NCBI GenBank assembly: GCA_964435005.1
Contig: CAYSXA010000002.1
Coordinates: forward strand, 1 to 60,979
DNA: 60,979 nt
Source of the DNA: an uncultured Anaerolineaceae bacterium
Lineage (GTDB): Bacteria > Chloroflexota > Anaerolineae > Anaerolineales > DRMV01
Direction: 5' to 3'
This document shows positions 41,118-49,739 of this stretch, one piece after another. Both the position numbers and the translations under genes were made by a program. Every line of letters starts with the position of its first letter. The first letter of the stretch is position 1. A model generated the notes under the pieces. The model was not told the DNA's origin. It saw only the letters and a list, made by a program, of their open reading frames with translations, and did no database searches.

Positions 41118-42986
41118 TCAGCCCAGATGCGCCTTAATCGCCTGGGCTAACGCTTCGGTGATGCCCGGCACCTGCTGCAACTCCTCCAGGCTGGCCTGGC
41201 GGATGGCATCCAGCGAACCGAAGTGCTGGAGCAGCCGCTTGCGGCGCGTCGGGCCGATGCCGGGCACGGCTTCCAGCGTGGAAGCCAATCCCAATCTGTC
41301 ACGGCGACGGCGGTGGGCGGTGATGGCAAAACGGTGTGCTTCGTCGCGCAGCCGTTGCAGCAGGTACAGCCCCTGCGAATCGCGCGGCAGGCGCAGCGGC
41401 TCGCTTTGCTCCGGCAGGAAGATTTCTTCGTGGCGCTTCGCCAGCCCGGCCACCGGCACCCGCTCACGCAGACCAAAGCGCTCCAGCACGGCCACCGCAC
41501 GGCTCAACTGCCCCTTGCCGCCGTCCACAATCAGCAGGTCGGGGAGCATCCCAAACGCCTCGTCCTTGCGCTTGCCGGGCGTATCCCCTTGCTCCTGAAG
41601 CGCCTGCCAGCGGCGGAAGCGACGCGTGAGCACCTCCTCCATGCTGGCGAAGTCGTCCGGGCCGCTCACCGTGCGGATGTTGAAGCGGCGGTAGAGCGAC
41701 TTCTTCGGCACACCCTGCACGAAGACCACCATGCTGCCCACCGCCGCCGTGCCCTGGGTGTTCGAGATGTCGTAGCACTCGATGCGGTTCGGCGGGCGCT
41801 CCAGGCCGAAGGCGCGTTGCAGGTCGGCCAGCGCCTCGCTCTGACGGTGACGCTCACTCTCCCACTGCCGGCGAAGCATCCGCAGCGTCTCGGCGGCGTT
41901 CTGCGCCGCCAGGGCGACGAGTTCCTGCTGCATCCCCTCGCGCGGGATGCGGATTTCCACCGTCTGCTCCCGCTGGCGCAGCCATTGCTGGATGATTTGC
42001 ATCTCCTCAATCGTTTCGGGGAGCAACACCTCTTCCGGGAGATGGGGCGCTTCGGCGTAAAACTGCTTCAGGAACTCCGCCAGCACCTCGGCGTCCGGCG
42101 TATCCTCCGCCCCTTCGAGCAGGAAATATTCCCGCCCGATCAGTTTGCCGCCGCGCACGAAGAAGACCTGCACGCAGGCTTCCCGCTCATCGCGCGCCAG
42201 GGCAATCACATCGGAGTCCACGTAATCTGGCGAGACCACCTTCTGCCGCTCCACGATGGTTTCAATCGCCTTGATCTGGTCACGCAACGCCGCCGCGCGT
42301 TCGAACTTCAGTTCCTGCGCCGCCTGGCGCATCTCCTGTTGCAGGCGCGCCACAATGGGCTCCGTGCGCCCGGCGAGGAAATCGCACAGGTCGGCAATCA
42401 TCTGGCGGTAGTCCTCCTGGCTCACCGCACCGATGCAGGGCGCAGCGCACAGGCGGATGTCGTGGTACAGACAGGCGCGCGCATCCTGGCCGGTGATCGT
42501 GCGGTCGCAGGTCAGGTAGGGGAAGATGCGCCGCAGCACGTCCAGCGTCTTGTGCACCGCCCACACACTGGTGTAGGGGCCGAAGTAGCGCGAACCGTCC
42601 TGCTCCATGCGTCGCGTGACGGTCACTTTGGGGAACGGGTCGCTCCAATGCACCTTGATGTAGGGATACCGCTTGTCGTCCTTCAGCCGCACGTTGTAGC
42701 GCGGGCGATGCCGCTTGATCAGGTTCATTTCCAGGATCAGGGCTTCCAGTTCAGAATCCACCACGATCCATTCGATGTCCGCGATGCGGCGCACCATTTG
42801 ACGCGTCTTGGGGCTGTGCCCTGCACTGCGGTGGAAGTACGAGCGCACACGATGGCGCAGGTTGACCGCCTTGCCCACGTAAATCACCTCACCCTGGGCG
42901 TCCTTCATCAGGTAGCACCCAGGTTTGTTGGGAAGCGCGTCCAGCCGCGCCTGCAGATGAGGAGAAACGGACGGGTTGCGGCTCAT
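41118..42986 (-). CDS. uvrC: excinuclease ABC subunit C
   Basis: GIY-YIG GCYLMKDAQGEVIYVGKAVNLRHRVRSYF, a UVR domain, and C-terminal (HhH)2 LEAVPGIGPTRRKRLLQHFGS. Start trimmed to MSRNPS (42986). Confidence 0.92.
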   Translation of the reverse strand: MSRNPSVSPHLQARLDALPNKPGCYLMKDAQGEVIYVGKAVNLRHRVRSYFHRSAGHSPKTRQMVRRIADIEWIVVDSELEALILEMNLIKRHRPRYNVRLKDDKRYPYIKVHWSDPFPKVTVTRRMEQDGSRYFGPYTSVWAVHKTLDVLRRIFPYLTCDRTITGQDARACLYHDIRLCAAPCIGAVSQEDYRQMIADLCDFLAGRTEPIVARLQQEMRQAAQELKFERAAALRDQIKAIETIVERQKVVSPDYVDSDVIALARDEREACVQVFFVRGGKLIGREYFLLEGAEDTPDAEVLAEFLKQFYAEAPHLPEEVLLPETIEEMQIIQQWLRQREQTVEIRIPREGMQQELVALAAQNAAETLRMLRRQWESERHRQSEALADLQRAFGLERPPNRIECYDISNTQGTAAVGSMVVFVQGVPKKSLYRRFNIRTVSGPDDFASMEEVLTRRFRRWQALQEQGDTPGKRKDEAFGMLPDLLIVDGGKGQLSRAVAVLERFGLRERVPVAGLAKRHEEIFLPEQSEPLRLPRDSQGLYLLQRLRDEAHRFAITAHRRRRDRLGLASTLEAVPGIGPTRRKRLLQHFGSLDAIRQASLEELQQVPGITEALAQAIKAHLG

Positions 42987-43045
42987 CGTTTCGATTGTAC
43001 CAGAAGCCATTTGACGAACCACCGGCGGCGGGATACAATCCCGAC

Positions 43046-43504
43046 ATGCCCTACCTGATCGACGGCCACAACCTGATCCCGCACGTGCGCGGGCTGTCGC
43101 TCTCTCAGATCGACGACGAGCAGCGGCTGATTGAACGCCTGCAGGCGTTCTGCCATCGGGAGCGCGTCGCGCGGATCGAGGTGTACTTCGACCAGGCGCC
43201 GCCGGGGATGAGCGGCACGCGTCGCTTTGGCGCGGTGACGGCGCACTTCGTGCGCCAGGGCACCACCGCCGATCAGGCCATCCGCCGCCATCTGGGACGA
43301 CTGGGGCGTGAGGCGCGCAACTGGACGGTGGTCACTTCTGACCGCGCGGTGCAGGTTGCGGCACGCGCGGCGCACGCCAGGGTGATCAGCAGCGAAGCCT
43401 TCGCCGCCCGCCTGGACGCCCCCGCTTTACCCGACGACGAAGAAAAACCACCCCCAGACGAAGACATCGAAACCTGGCTGCGCCTGTTTGGGGAAGGAGA
43501 ATAG
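43046..43504 (+). CDS. NYN/PIN-like YacP (Rae1-type) domain protein
   Basis: 152 aa. MPYLIDGHNLIPH...VTSDRAVQ is typical of DUF901/YacP. Confidence 0.65.
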   Translation: MPYLIDGHNLIPHVRGLSLSQIDDEQRLIERLQAFCHRERVARIEVYFDQAPPGMSGTRRFGAVTAHFVRQGTTADQAIRRHLGRLGREARNWTVVTSDRAVQVAARAAHARVISSEAFAARLDAPALPDDEEKPPPDEDIETWLRLFGEGE

Positions 43505-43513
43505 TCCTCTGCC

Positions 43514-44125
43514 ATGAACAAACGCGTGCTCTCTCCTGAAATCCTGTTCCTCGGCTGCGTGGCGGTGATCGCCGCGCTGGTGTCGATCGGCCCGGCGGAG
43601 AAATCGCTGGGCGTGAACGTACGGGTGGTGTACCTGCACGGCGCCTGGGTGTGGACGGCGCTGGCCGGCTTCCTGGCGGCGGCGGGGGCTGGGTTGGCCG
43701 CCTTTGCCCTGCGCCGCGAAAGCCTACACCGCTGGTCGCGTGCGCTGGGGCGCACCGGCCTGTTCTTCTGGGTCACCTACCTGCCGATTTCGCTGTGGGC
43801 GATGCAGACCAACTGGAACGGCCTGTTCCTGGCCGAACCGCGCTGGCGGCTGGCGTTGACCTTTGCGGTGGTCGGGCTGCTGGCGCAAACCGGCCTGACG
43901 CTGATCGAAGACCCGCGCTGGGCTTCAGGTGTGAACATCGGCTACGCGGCGGCGCTGTTGTGGGGCTTGCAGCACACCGAAAAAGTGATGCATCCGCCCT
44001 CGCCCATCCTGAGTTCGGATGCAGTGCGCATCCAGGCCTTCTTCGCCCTGCTGATGGTCTTCACCCTGCTGAGTGGCTGGCAGGTGGCACGCTGGTGGCA
44101 CCGCCGCGAATGCGTCGCCAGTTAG
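43514..44125 (+). CDS. six-TM membrane protein with CcmC-like (heme-handling, WWD-family) landmarks; tentative
   Basis: - Loop 1: RVVYLHGAW (compare E. coli CcmC RIIYLHVPAA, as I recall it).
- Loop 2: Trp-rich SLWAMQTNWNGLFLAEPRW.
- Loop 3: His-containing LQHTEKVMHPP.
- Predicted topology is the same as CcmC. Confidence 0.4.
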   Translation: MNKRVLSPEILFLGCVAVIAALVSIGPAEKSLGVNVRVVYLHGAWVWTALAGFLAAAGAGLAAFALRRESLHRWSRALGRTGLFFWVTYLPISLWAMQTNWNGLFLAEPRWRLALTFAVVGLLAQTGLTLIEDPRWASGVNIGYAAALLWGLQHTEKVMHPPSPILSSDAVRIQAFFALLMVFTLLSGWQVARWWHRRECVAS

Positions 44126-45252
44126 CCCTGTTCACCGCCGTGCGGACGGCCTTCAACACGGCCTACCGCATGGCCTACCCCTTCCTGAGCACGTTCGCGC
44201 GCGGCGTGGGCGTCCCGCCGGAGACGCTGGCGCTGGCGTTGACCGCGCGCTCCGTGCTGGGCGCGCTGGGGCCGTTCCTGGCCGCGATTGCCGACCGCGT
44301 GGGGCGACGCGCGGGGATGCGCTTCGGCCTGGTATTGTTCGTCGTCGGCCTGGCGCTGGTCTCCCTCTGGCCGACCTTCCCTGCGCTCTTCCTGGCGCTC
44401 ACCCTGGTCACGCTGGGGAAATACGTCTTCGACCCATCCATGCAGGCCTACCTGGGGGATCGCGTGCGCTACGAGCGGCGCGGCACGGCGATTGCAGTCA
44501 CCGAGGTTGGCTGGTCGCTAGCCTTCCTGCTGGGGATGCCGCTGGTCGGCTGGGTGATGGGACGCTGGGGCTGGCGCGCACCGTTCCCGCTGTTGGCGGC
44601 GGTGGGGGTGCTCGCCCTGCTCGCACTGCAACGCACCGTACCGCCCGACCCGCCCGTGACCGCCGCGCCGCCGTCCGTGCTGCACAACCTGCGGGCAGTG
44701 CTCACGCACCCGGCGGCGTGCTTCGGCCTGCTGGTGGGGCTGACGGCCAGCGCCGCAAACGAAGCGGTCAACCTGGTCTTCGGCCTGTGGCTGGAAGATG
44801 CCTTTGGGCTGAAACTGCTTGCGCTGGGCGGCGCGGCGGCGGTGATTGGCCTCTCGGAGTTGGGCGGCGAGGCGCTGGTCGGCGGTTTTACCGACCGCAT
44901 GGGCAAGCGCCGCGCCATCGCCCTGGGGCTGCTGACCAACAGCCTGGCGGCGCTGGCGCTGCCGTTGCTGGGCCGCACCTCGAACGGTGCGCTGCTCGGC
45001 CTGTTCCTGTTCTACATCACCTTCGAATTCACCCTGGTAAGCAGCATTCCGCTGATGACCGAAGTGCTGCCCCAGGCGCGCGCCACGGTGATGGCGGCCA
45101 ACGTGGCCGCGCTCTCGCTGGGGCGGGCGCTTGGCGCGGGCATCGCGCCGCCGCTGTACGCCTTCGGCATCCTGGGGAGCGTGCTCGGCGCGGTGGCGCT
45201 CAACCTGATCGCCCTGACTGCGCTCACGCGCGTGGCGGTGCAGCAGCCGTAG
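44110..45252 (+). CDS. MFS transporter
   Basis: 380 aa from the ATG at 44110 (the ORF track starts at 43651). About 12 TM. ADRVGRR (MFS motif A-like) between TM2 and TM3. Confidence 0.7.
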   Translation: MRRQLALFTAVRTAFNTAYRMAYPFLSTFARGVGVPPETLALALTARSVLGALGPFLAAIADRVGRRAGMRFGLVLFVVGLALVSLWPTFPALFLALTLVTLGKYVFDPSMQAYLGDRVRYERRGTAIAVTEVGWSLAFLLGMPLVGWVMGRWGWRAPFPLLAAVGVLALLALQRTVPPDPPVTAAPPSVLHNLRAVLTHPAACFGLLVGLTASAANEAVNLVFGLWLEDAFGLKLLALGGAAAVIGLSELGGEALVGGFTDRMGKRRAIALGLLTNSLAALALPLLGRTSNGALLGLFLFYITFEFTLVSSIPLMTEVLPQARATVMAANVAALSLGRALGAGIAPPLYAFGILGSVLGAVALNLIALTALTRVAVQQP

Positions 45253-45282
45253 AGGATGGTACAATCTCGACAGGAGAAGACC

Positions 45283-46542
45283 ATGCTCGTTCATTCGGCC
45301 TCACAATTGCTCACCATCCCCGGCCCGCCGCAGCGCGGGCGCGAGCTGGGGAACCTGGGGATCATCACCGACGGCGCGGTGCTGATCCGCGACGGACGCA
45401 TTGCAGCGGTCGGCACCTCGGCGGAACTGCTGGCAGCCTACCCCGACGAGGAACGCCTGGACGCCGCCGGACGCGTGGTGATGCCCGGCTTCGTTGACCC
45501 GCACACCCACCTGCTCTGGGTTGGCGACCGCGCAGCGGAGTTCGAGATGCGCCTGCAGGGGAAAACCTACCTGGAAATCCTGCAGGCGGGCGGCGGCATC
45601 CTGAATACGGTGCGCGCTACACGCGCCGCGACCGTGCCCGACATGGTGGCTGCCACGCTGCCGCGTCTGCAGACAGCCTTCGCCCACGGCACGACCACGG
45701 CGGAGGTCAAGACAGGGTATGGCCTGCAAACCGCCGCCGAACTGCGCATGATGGCTGCGCTGCTGGTGCTCGACGAGCGCGCGCCGCTGGACGTCGTCCC
45801 GACCTTCCTCGGCGCGCACGCCATCCCGCCCGAATTCCAGGACAACGCCGACGGCTACACCGACCTGATCTGCCACGAGATGCTGCCCCTGCTCCGCGAG
45901 TGGTGGGAGAGCAACGGCGGCGACCGCCCGCTGCCGTTCGTGGACGTGTTCTGCGAAACCGGCGCGTTCGACCTGGCGCAATCCCGCCGCATCCTGGAGA
46001 CCGCCCGCGACCTGGGTTTCCCACTGAAGATTCACGCCGACGAGTTCGACAACCTGGGCGGCGCGGCGCTGGCCGCTTCGCTCGGCGCCGCTTCGGCGGA
46101 TCATCTGGTAGCGACCCCTGAGGAAGACATCCGCGCACTGGCGCAGTCGGACACGGTGGCCGTAGCACTGCCCTGTACGCCCTTCGGCCTGGCAGAGACG
46201 CACTACACCCCCGCCCAACAGATTCTGGACGCCGGCGGCCTGCTCGCCCTGGCGACGGACTGCAACCCCGGCACAGCCTGGTGTGAGAACATACAGTTCG
46301 CCATCGCACTGGCCTGCCGCGCCATGAAACTGACGCCCGCGCAGGCCATCGTGGCGGTCACGCTGAACGCCGCCGCCGCCGTGGGCCGTGCCGATCAGAT
46401 CGGCTCGATCGAGGTCGGCAAACAGGCCGACCTGCTCATCCTGAACGTGCCAGACTACCGACATCTGGGGTATCGCTTCGGCGTCAACCTGGTGCACACG
46501 GTCATCAAGCGCGGTGTGAAACACGTCCTGGCACAAGATTGA
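45283..46542 (+). CDS. hutI: imidazolonepropionase
   Basis: 419 aa. Amidohydrolase FVDPHTHL, then KTGYGL, IHADE, ATDCNPGT, typical of HutI. Confidence 0.8.
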   Translation: MLVHSASQLLTIPGPPQRGRELGNLGIITDGAVLIRDGRIAAVGTSAELLAAYPDEERLDAAGRVVMPGFVDPHTHLLWVGDRAAEFEMRLQGKTYLEILQAGGGILNTVRATRAATVPDMVAATLPRLQTAFAHGTTTAEVKTGYGLQTAAELRMMAALLVLDERAPLDVVPTFLGAHAIPPEFQDNADGYTDLICHEMLPLLREWWESNGGDRPLPFVDVFCETGAFDLAQSRRILETARDLGFPLKIHADEFDNLGGAALAASLGAASADHLVATPEEDIRALAQSDTVAVALPCTPFGLAETHYTPAQQILDAGGLLALATDCNPGTAWCENIQFAIALACRAMKLTPAQAIVAVTLNAAAAVGRADQIGSIEVGKQADLLILNVPDYRHLGYRFGVNLVHTVIKRGVKHVLAQD

Positions 46543-46561
46543 CGCGCCACCAGGAGGAACC

Positions 46562-46771
46562 ATGCTCAACGTGCTGTTGCTCACCTCGCAACCTATCGAC
46601 CCGTTCGTGCGTATTGTGCTCATCCTGGTCGGCCTGGTGCTGGCCTGGGTGCTGATCAAGTTGCTGCTCCGCCTGGCGATCAAGGTGTTCACCTGCGGCT
46701 GCGGAGTGATCGTGCTCATCGGCGTAGTGATGATCGCCGCCGAACTGCTTTCCAAGCGAGGTGGGCCGTGA
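46562..46771 (+). CDS. small two-TM membrane protein
   Basis: 69 aa. AGGAGG lies 5 nt upstream. Its stop overlaps the GTG start of the HD-domain gene. Confidence 0.5.
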   Translation: MLNVLLLTSQPIDPFVRIVLILVGLVLAWVLIKLLLRLAIKVFTCGCGVIVLIGVVMIAAELLSKRGGP

Positions 46772-47439
46772 AGCCGATCTCGCTGGATGAGGCGCGTCGC
46801 TGGTATCCCAACGACGCGGTGCACGGCTTCGACCACATTTTGCGCGTGCTGCGCATGGCGGAACGCATCGCCCAGGCGGAAGGTGCCGATCTGGCGATCG
46901 TGCGCGCAGCGGCGCTGCTGCACGATGCCGAAGGGAGCGACGGCGAGCTGACGTCCGCTGCGCGGAGCGACCACCACCACGCCTCAGCGGACTTCGCCCG
47001 GCGCGTGCTGCGCGAGCACGGCTGGCCGGAAGCGCACATCGCCGCCGTGGAGCACTGCATCCGCGCCCATCGCTTCCGTGACCCGCAGGAACCGCCGCGC
47101 ACGCTGGAGGCCAAGGTGCTGTTCGACGCAGACAAACTGGACGCGCTCGGCGCGATTGGCGTGGTGCGCGCGCTGGCCTACGCGGTGCAGCACGGCTCGC
47201 CGGTGGTGGCGCGCCCGTCCGAGCGCTTCCTGCGCACCGGCGAACGCGAACCGGACGAGCTGCACAGCGCCTACCACGAGTACCTGTTCAAATTGCGACG
47301 CCTGCCGGAGCGGTTACACACCTCCACCGCGCGCGCCATCGCCGCGCAACGCATGGCCTTCATGGACACTTTCTTCAACCAGTTACTAGAGGAAACCGGC
47401 GTTGACCTCTCGCCAGTTTCGGATACAATGAGCGTATGA
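46768..47439 (+). CDS. HD-domain metal-dependent phosphohydrolase
   Basis: HGFDHILRV ... ALLHDAEG (H...HD) ... DADKLDALG. Confidence 0.8.
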   Translation: MKPISLDEARRWYPNDAVHGFDHILRVLRMAERIAQAEGADLAIVRAAALLHDAEGSDGELTSAARSDHHHASADFARRVLREHGWPEAHIAAVEHCIRAHRFRDPQEPPRTLEAKVLFDADKLDALGAIGVVRALAYAVQHGSPVVARPSERFLRTGEREPDELHSAYHEYLFKLRRLPERLHTSTARAIAAQRMAFMDTFFNQLLEETGVDLSPVSDTMSV

Positions 47440-48122
47440 ACGTTCCCTACGGCCCCATCCTGATCGTCGAGGATGTCGAGCACATCCTGAAATTCCTGGA
47501 AGTCACGCTGCGTTTCAAAGGCTATCCCGTGGCCATGGCGCGCAACGGCCAGGAAGCGCTGGAGTACATCGCCAGGGAGCACCCCTCGCTGGTAGTCACG
47601 GACATCCTGATGCCCAAACTGGACGGCTACGCGCTGGCCTATCACCTGCGCTCCAATCCGCGCACACAGGACATCCCGATCATCTTCCTCTCCGCGACCT
47701 ACGTCACCCCGGAGGACAAGGAATTTGCGCTCAGCCTGGGCGCGGTGCGCTTCCTGGAGAAGCCGGTGGACACAGAGGAGTTTCTGCTCACTGTGGCCGA
47801 GGTGCTCACGCAGGGGCCGGGCGACCTGCCCCAGCCGCTCGACCGCCGCACCTTCTACGAAGGCTACCGCCAGCGGCTGGAGACCAAGTTGCAGCACAAA
47901 CTGACCCAGATCACGCGCACCGAGCGCCTGCTGGAGACCCTGCCCGAAGACCAGCGAGCGCCCTTCCAGTCCATGCTCACCGAGGCCTGCATGCACCGCG
48001 ATGAAATTATGGCCGAATTGCAGACGGTAAACCAGCGCCTGGCCGAACTGGAGGCCGAAAACGCAGCGTTGGAGTCGGATTCCGGGCACGACCCTGACCA
48101 GGAGCCCGATTCCGACGACTAG
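47436..48122 (+). CDS. stand-alone response-regulator receiver with C-terminal coiled coil and acidic tail
   Basis: ILIVEDVEH...VVTDILMPKLDG...FLEKP (REC), then a heptad-like segment ending LAELEAENAALESD. ATGA overlap with the HD gene. Confidence 0.85.
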   Translation: MNVPYGPILIVEDVEHILKFLEVTLRFKGYPVAMARNGQEALEYIAREHPSLVVTDILMPKLDGYALAYHLRSNPRTQDIPIIFLSATYVTPEDKEFALSLGAVRFLEKPVDTEEFLLTVAEVLTQGPGDLPQPLDRRTFYEGYRQRLETKLQHKLTQITRTERLLETLPEDQRAPFQSMLTEACMHRDEIMAELQTVNQRLAELEAENAALESDSGHDPDQEPDSDD

Positions 48123-48189
48123 TGCGTTGTTGCCTGTTGACAACGGATTCCGTCCCGCAGGAGACTGCGGGCGTTTTTTTGGAGAAGCG

Positions 48190-48984
48190 ATGAAACCCAC
48201 CCTGAACGACCTGGAGACCCTGGCGCGGCTTGCGGGCCGCATTTTACGCGAAGGTTACGGTCGGCGACATCAGATTGACTACAAAGGCGTGATCGACCTG
48301 GTGACCGAGGTTGACCGGCAATCCGAGGCGCTGCTGCTGAGTGAGATCAGGCACCGCTTTCCCGGCCACCGCGTAGTCGCCGAAGAATCCGGCGGGCTGG
48401 ACGGCGCAGACGGCGACCTGTGGTTCGTCGATCCGCTGGATGGCACGGTGAACTACGCCCACGGCGTGCCCATCTTCACGGTGTCCATCGCCTACGCCCA
48501 CCAGGGGAAAGTGCGCCTGGGTGTGGTGTACGACCCGATGCGCGACGAGTGCTTCGCCGCCGAGCGAGGTCGCGGTGCCTGGTTGAACGGTGAACCGATT
48601 CGGGTCTCCCCCACCGACGACCTCAACCGCAGCCTGCTGGTGACCGGCTTCCCCTACGACATCCGCACCAATCCGCAGAACAACCTCGACCTGTTCGCCA
48701 CATTCGCGCTACGCACCCACGGTGTGCGACGGCTGGGGTCTGCGGCGCTTGACCTGTGCTACGTGGCCGCCGGACGATTCGATGGCTACTGGGAAATTCG
48801 CCTGAACCCGTGGGACGTGGCCGCCGGCGGGCTGATCGCAGAAGAAGCCGGCGCAAAGGTCACCAACCTGGGTGGCGAGGCGGATTACCTCTCGCCGCCG
48901 CAGTCCATCCTGGCCGCGAATCCAATCATCCACGCCCAGATACTCAACGTCATTCAAGAAGTGAAAGGAACAAGGAACGAGTAA
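48190..48984 (+). CDS. inositol monophosphatase family protein (SuhB-like)
   Basis: VAEESG, WFVDPLDGTVNYAHG, and WDVAAG motifs. Confidence 0.85.
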   Translation: MKPTLNDLETLARLAGRILREGYGRRHQIDYKGVIDLVTEVDRQSEALLLSEIRHRFPGHRVVAEESGGLDGADGDLWFVDPLDGTVNYAHGVPIFTVSIAYAHQGKVRLGVVYDPMRDECFAAERGRGAWLNGEPIRVSPTDDLNRSLLVTGFPYDIRTNPQNNLDLFATFALRTHGVRRLGSAALDLCYVAAGRFDGYWEIRLNPWDVAAGGLIAEEAGAKVTNLGGEADYLSPPQSILAANPIIHAQILNVIQEVKGTRNE

Positions 48985-49018
48985 GTCCCCCCGATCTCCC
49001 TCATGCACATCATGTCGT

Positions 49019-49051
49019 GGGGCACAACCCATCCCAAGGGCGTTGTGCCCC
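49019..49051. terminator. hairpin between convergent genes (GGGGCACAAC-13 nt-GTTGTGCCCC)
   Basis: 10-bp perfect stem, extendable with a bulge. Followed by GCTTTCATT on the plus strand. Confidence 0.5.
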
Positions 49052-49055
49052 GCTT

Positions 49056-49739
49056 TCATTCTAAAGAGACCAGCCCTGTACGAATGGCAAACTTCACCAG
49101 TTCGGTGCGAGAATGCAGGTTCAGCTTCGCCATGATGCGTTCGCGGTGACGGGCTACGGTCTTCGGGCTGATGCCCAACCGCTCGCCGACCTGAGAATTG
49201 GTCAGTCCTTCCGCTACCAGTTCGAGCACCTGACGCTCGCGTTCAGTGAGCACCTCCAAGCCCGGATGCGGTTCATCCTTTTCCCTGGACAAAGCCGCCC
49301 GCTCGCTCAGGCGGCGGTAGTCTTCCAGCAACCAGCGCGCCAGCGAGGGTTGCAGGTAAACATGCCCTGCAGCCACAGCCCGGATAGCGTTGACCAGCTC
49401 ATCTGGCGCAGCACGCTTGGAAAGGTAACCCGATGCACCAGCGGCCAGCATCTCAAAGAAGTATTGCTTGTCCTCGTGCACGGTGAGCGCCAGCACCGGA
49501 CACTGGGCACCCATCTCCCGCAACCGTCGTGTGACCTGGATGCCATCCAGCTCCGGCATGGTAATGTCCATCAGGATCACGTCCGGACAGACCTCTGTAG
49601 CGACCTGTAAAGCTTCGACACCGCTGGCCGCCTCAGCGACCACGACGATCTCCTCGTGGGTTTCCAGGAAGGTACGCAATCCGGCACGCACCACCTCATG
49701 GTCGTCCACCAGCATCACGCGGATGGGTTCTTCCGTCAT
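49056..49739 (-). CDS. NarL/FixJ (LuxR-type HTH) response regulator
   Basis: REC domain VMLVDDHE...ILMDITMPELDG. C-terminal LTERERQVLELVAEGLTNSQVGERLGISPKTVARHRERIMAKL. Confidence 0.9.
   Translation of the reverse strand: MTEEPIRVMLVDDHEVVRAGLRTFLETHEEIVVVAEAASGVEALQVATEVCPDVILMDITMPELDGIQVTRRLREMGAQCPVLALTVHEDKQYFFEMLAAGASGYLSKRAAPDELVNAIRAVAAGHVYLQPSLARWLLEDYRRLSERAALSREKDEPHPGLEVLTERERQVLELVAEGLTNSQVGERLGISPKTVARHRERIMAKLNLHSRTELVKFAIRTGLVSLE

Noticed and set aside
41223-43058. 611-aa plus-strand ORF opposite uvrC
   Set aside because: Antisense artefact. The UvrC frame has GIY-YIG and (HhH)2.
45301-46980. 559-aa minus-strand ORF opposite hutI and the HD-domain gene
   Set aside because: Antisense artefact crossing two well-supported plus-strand genes.
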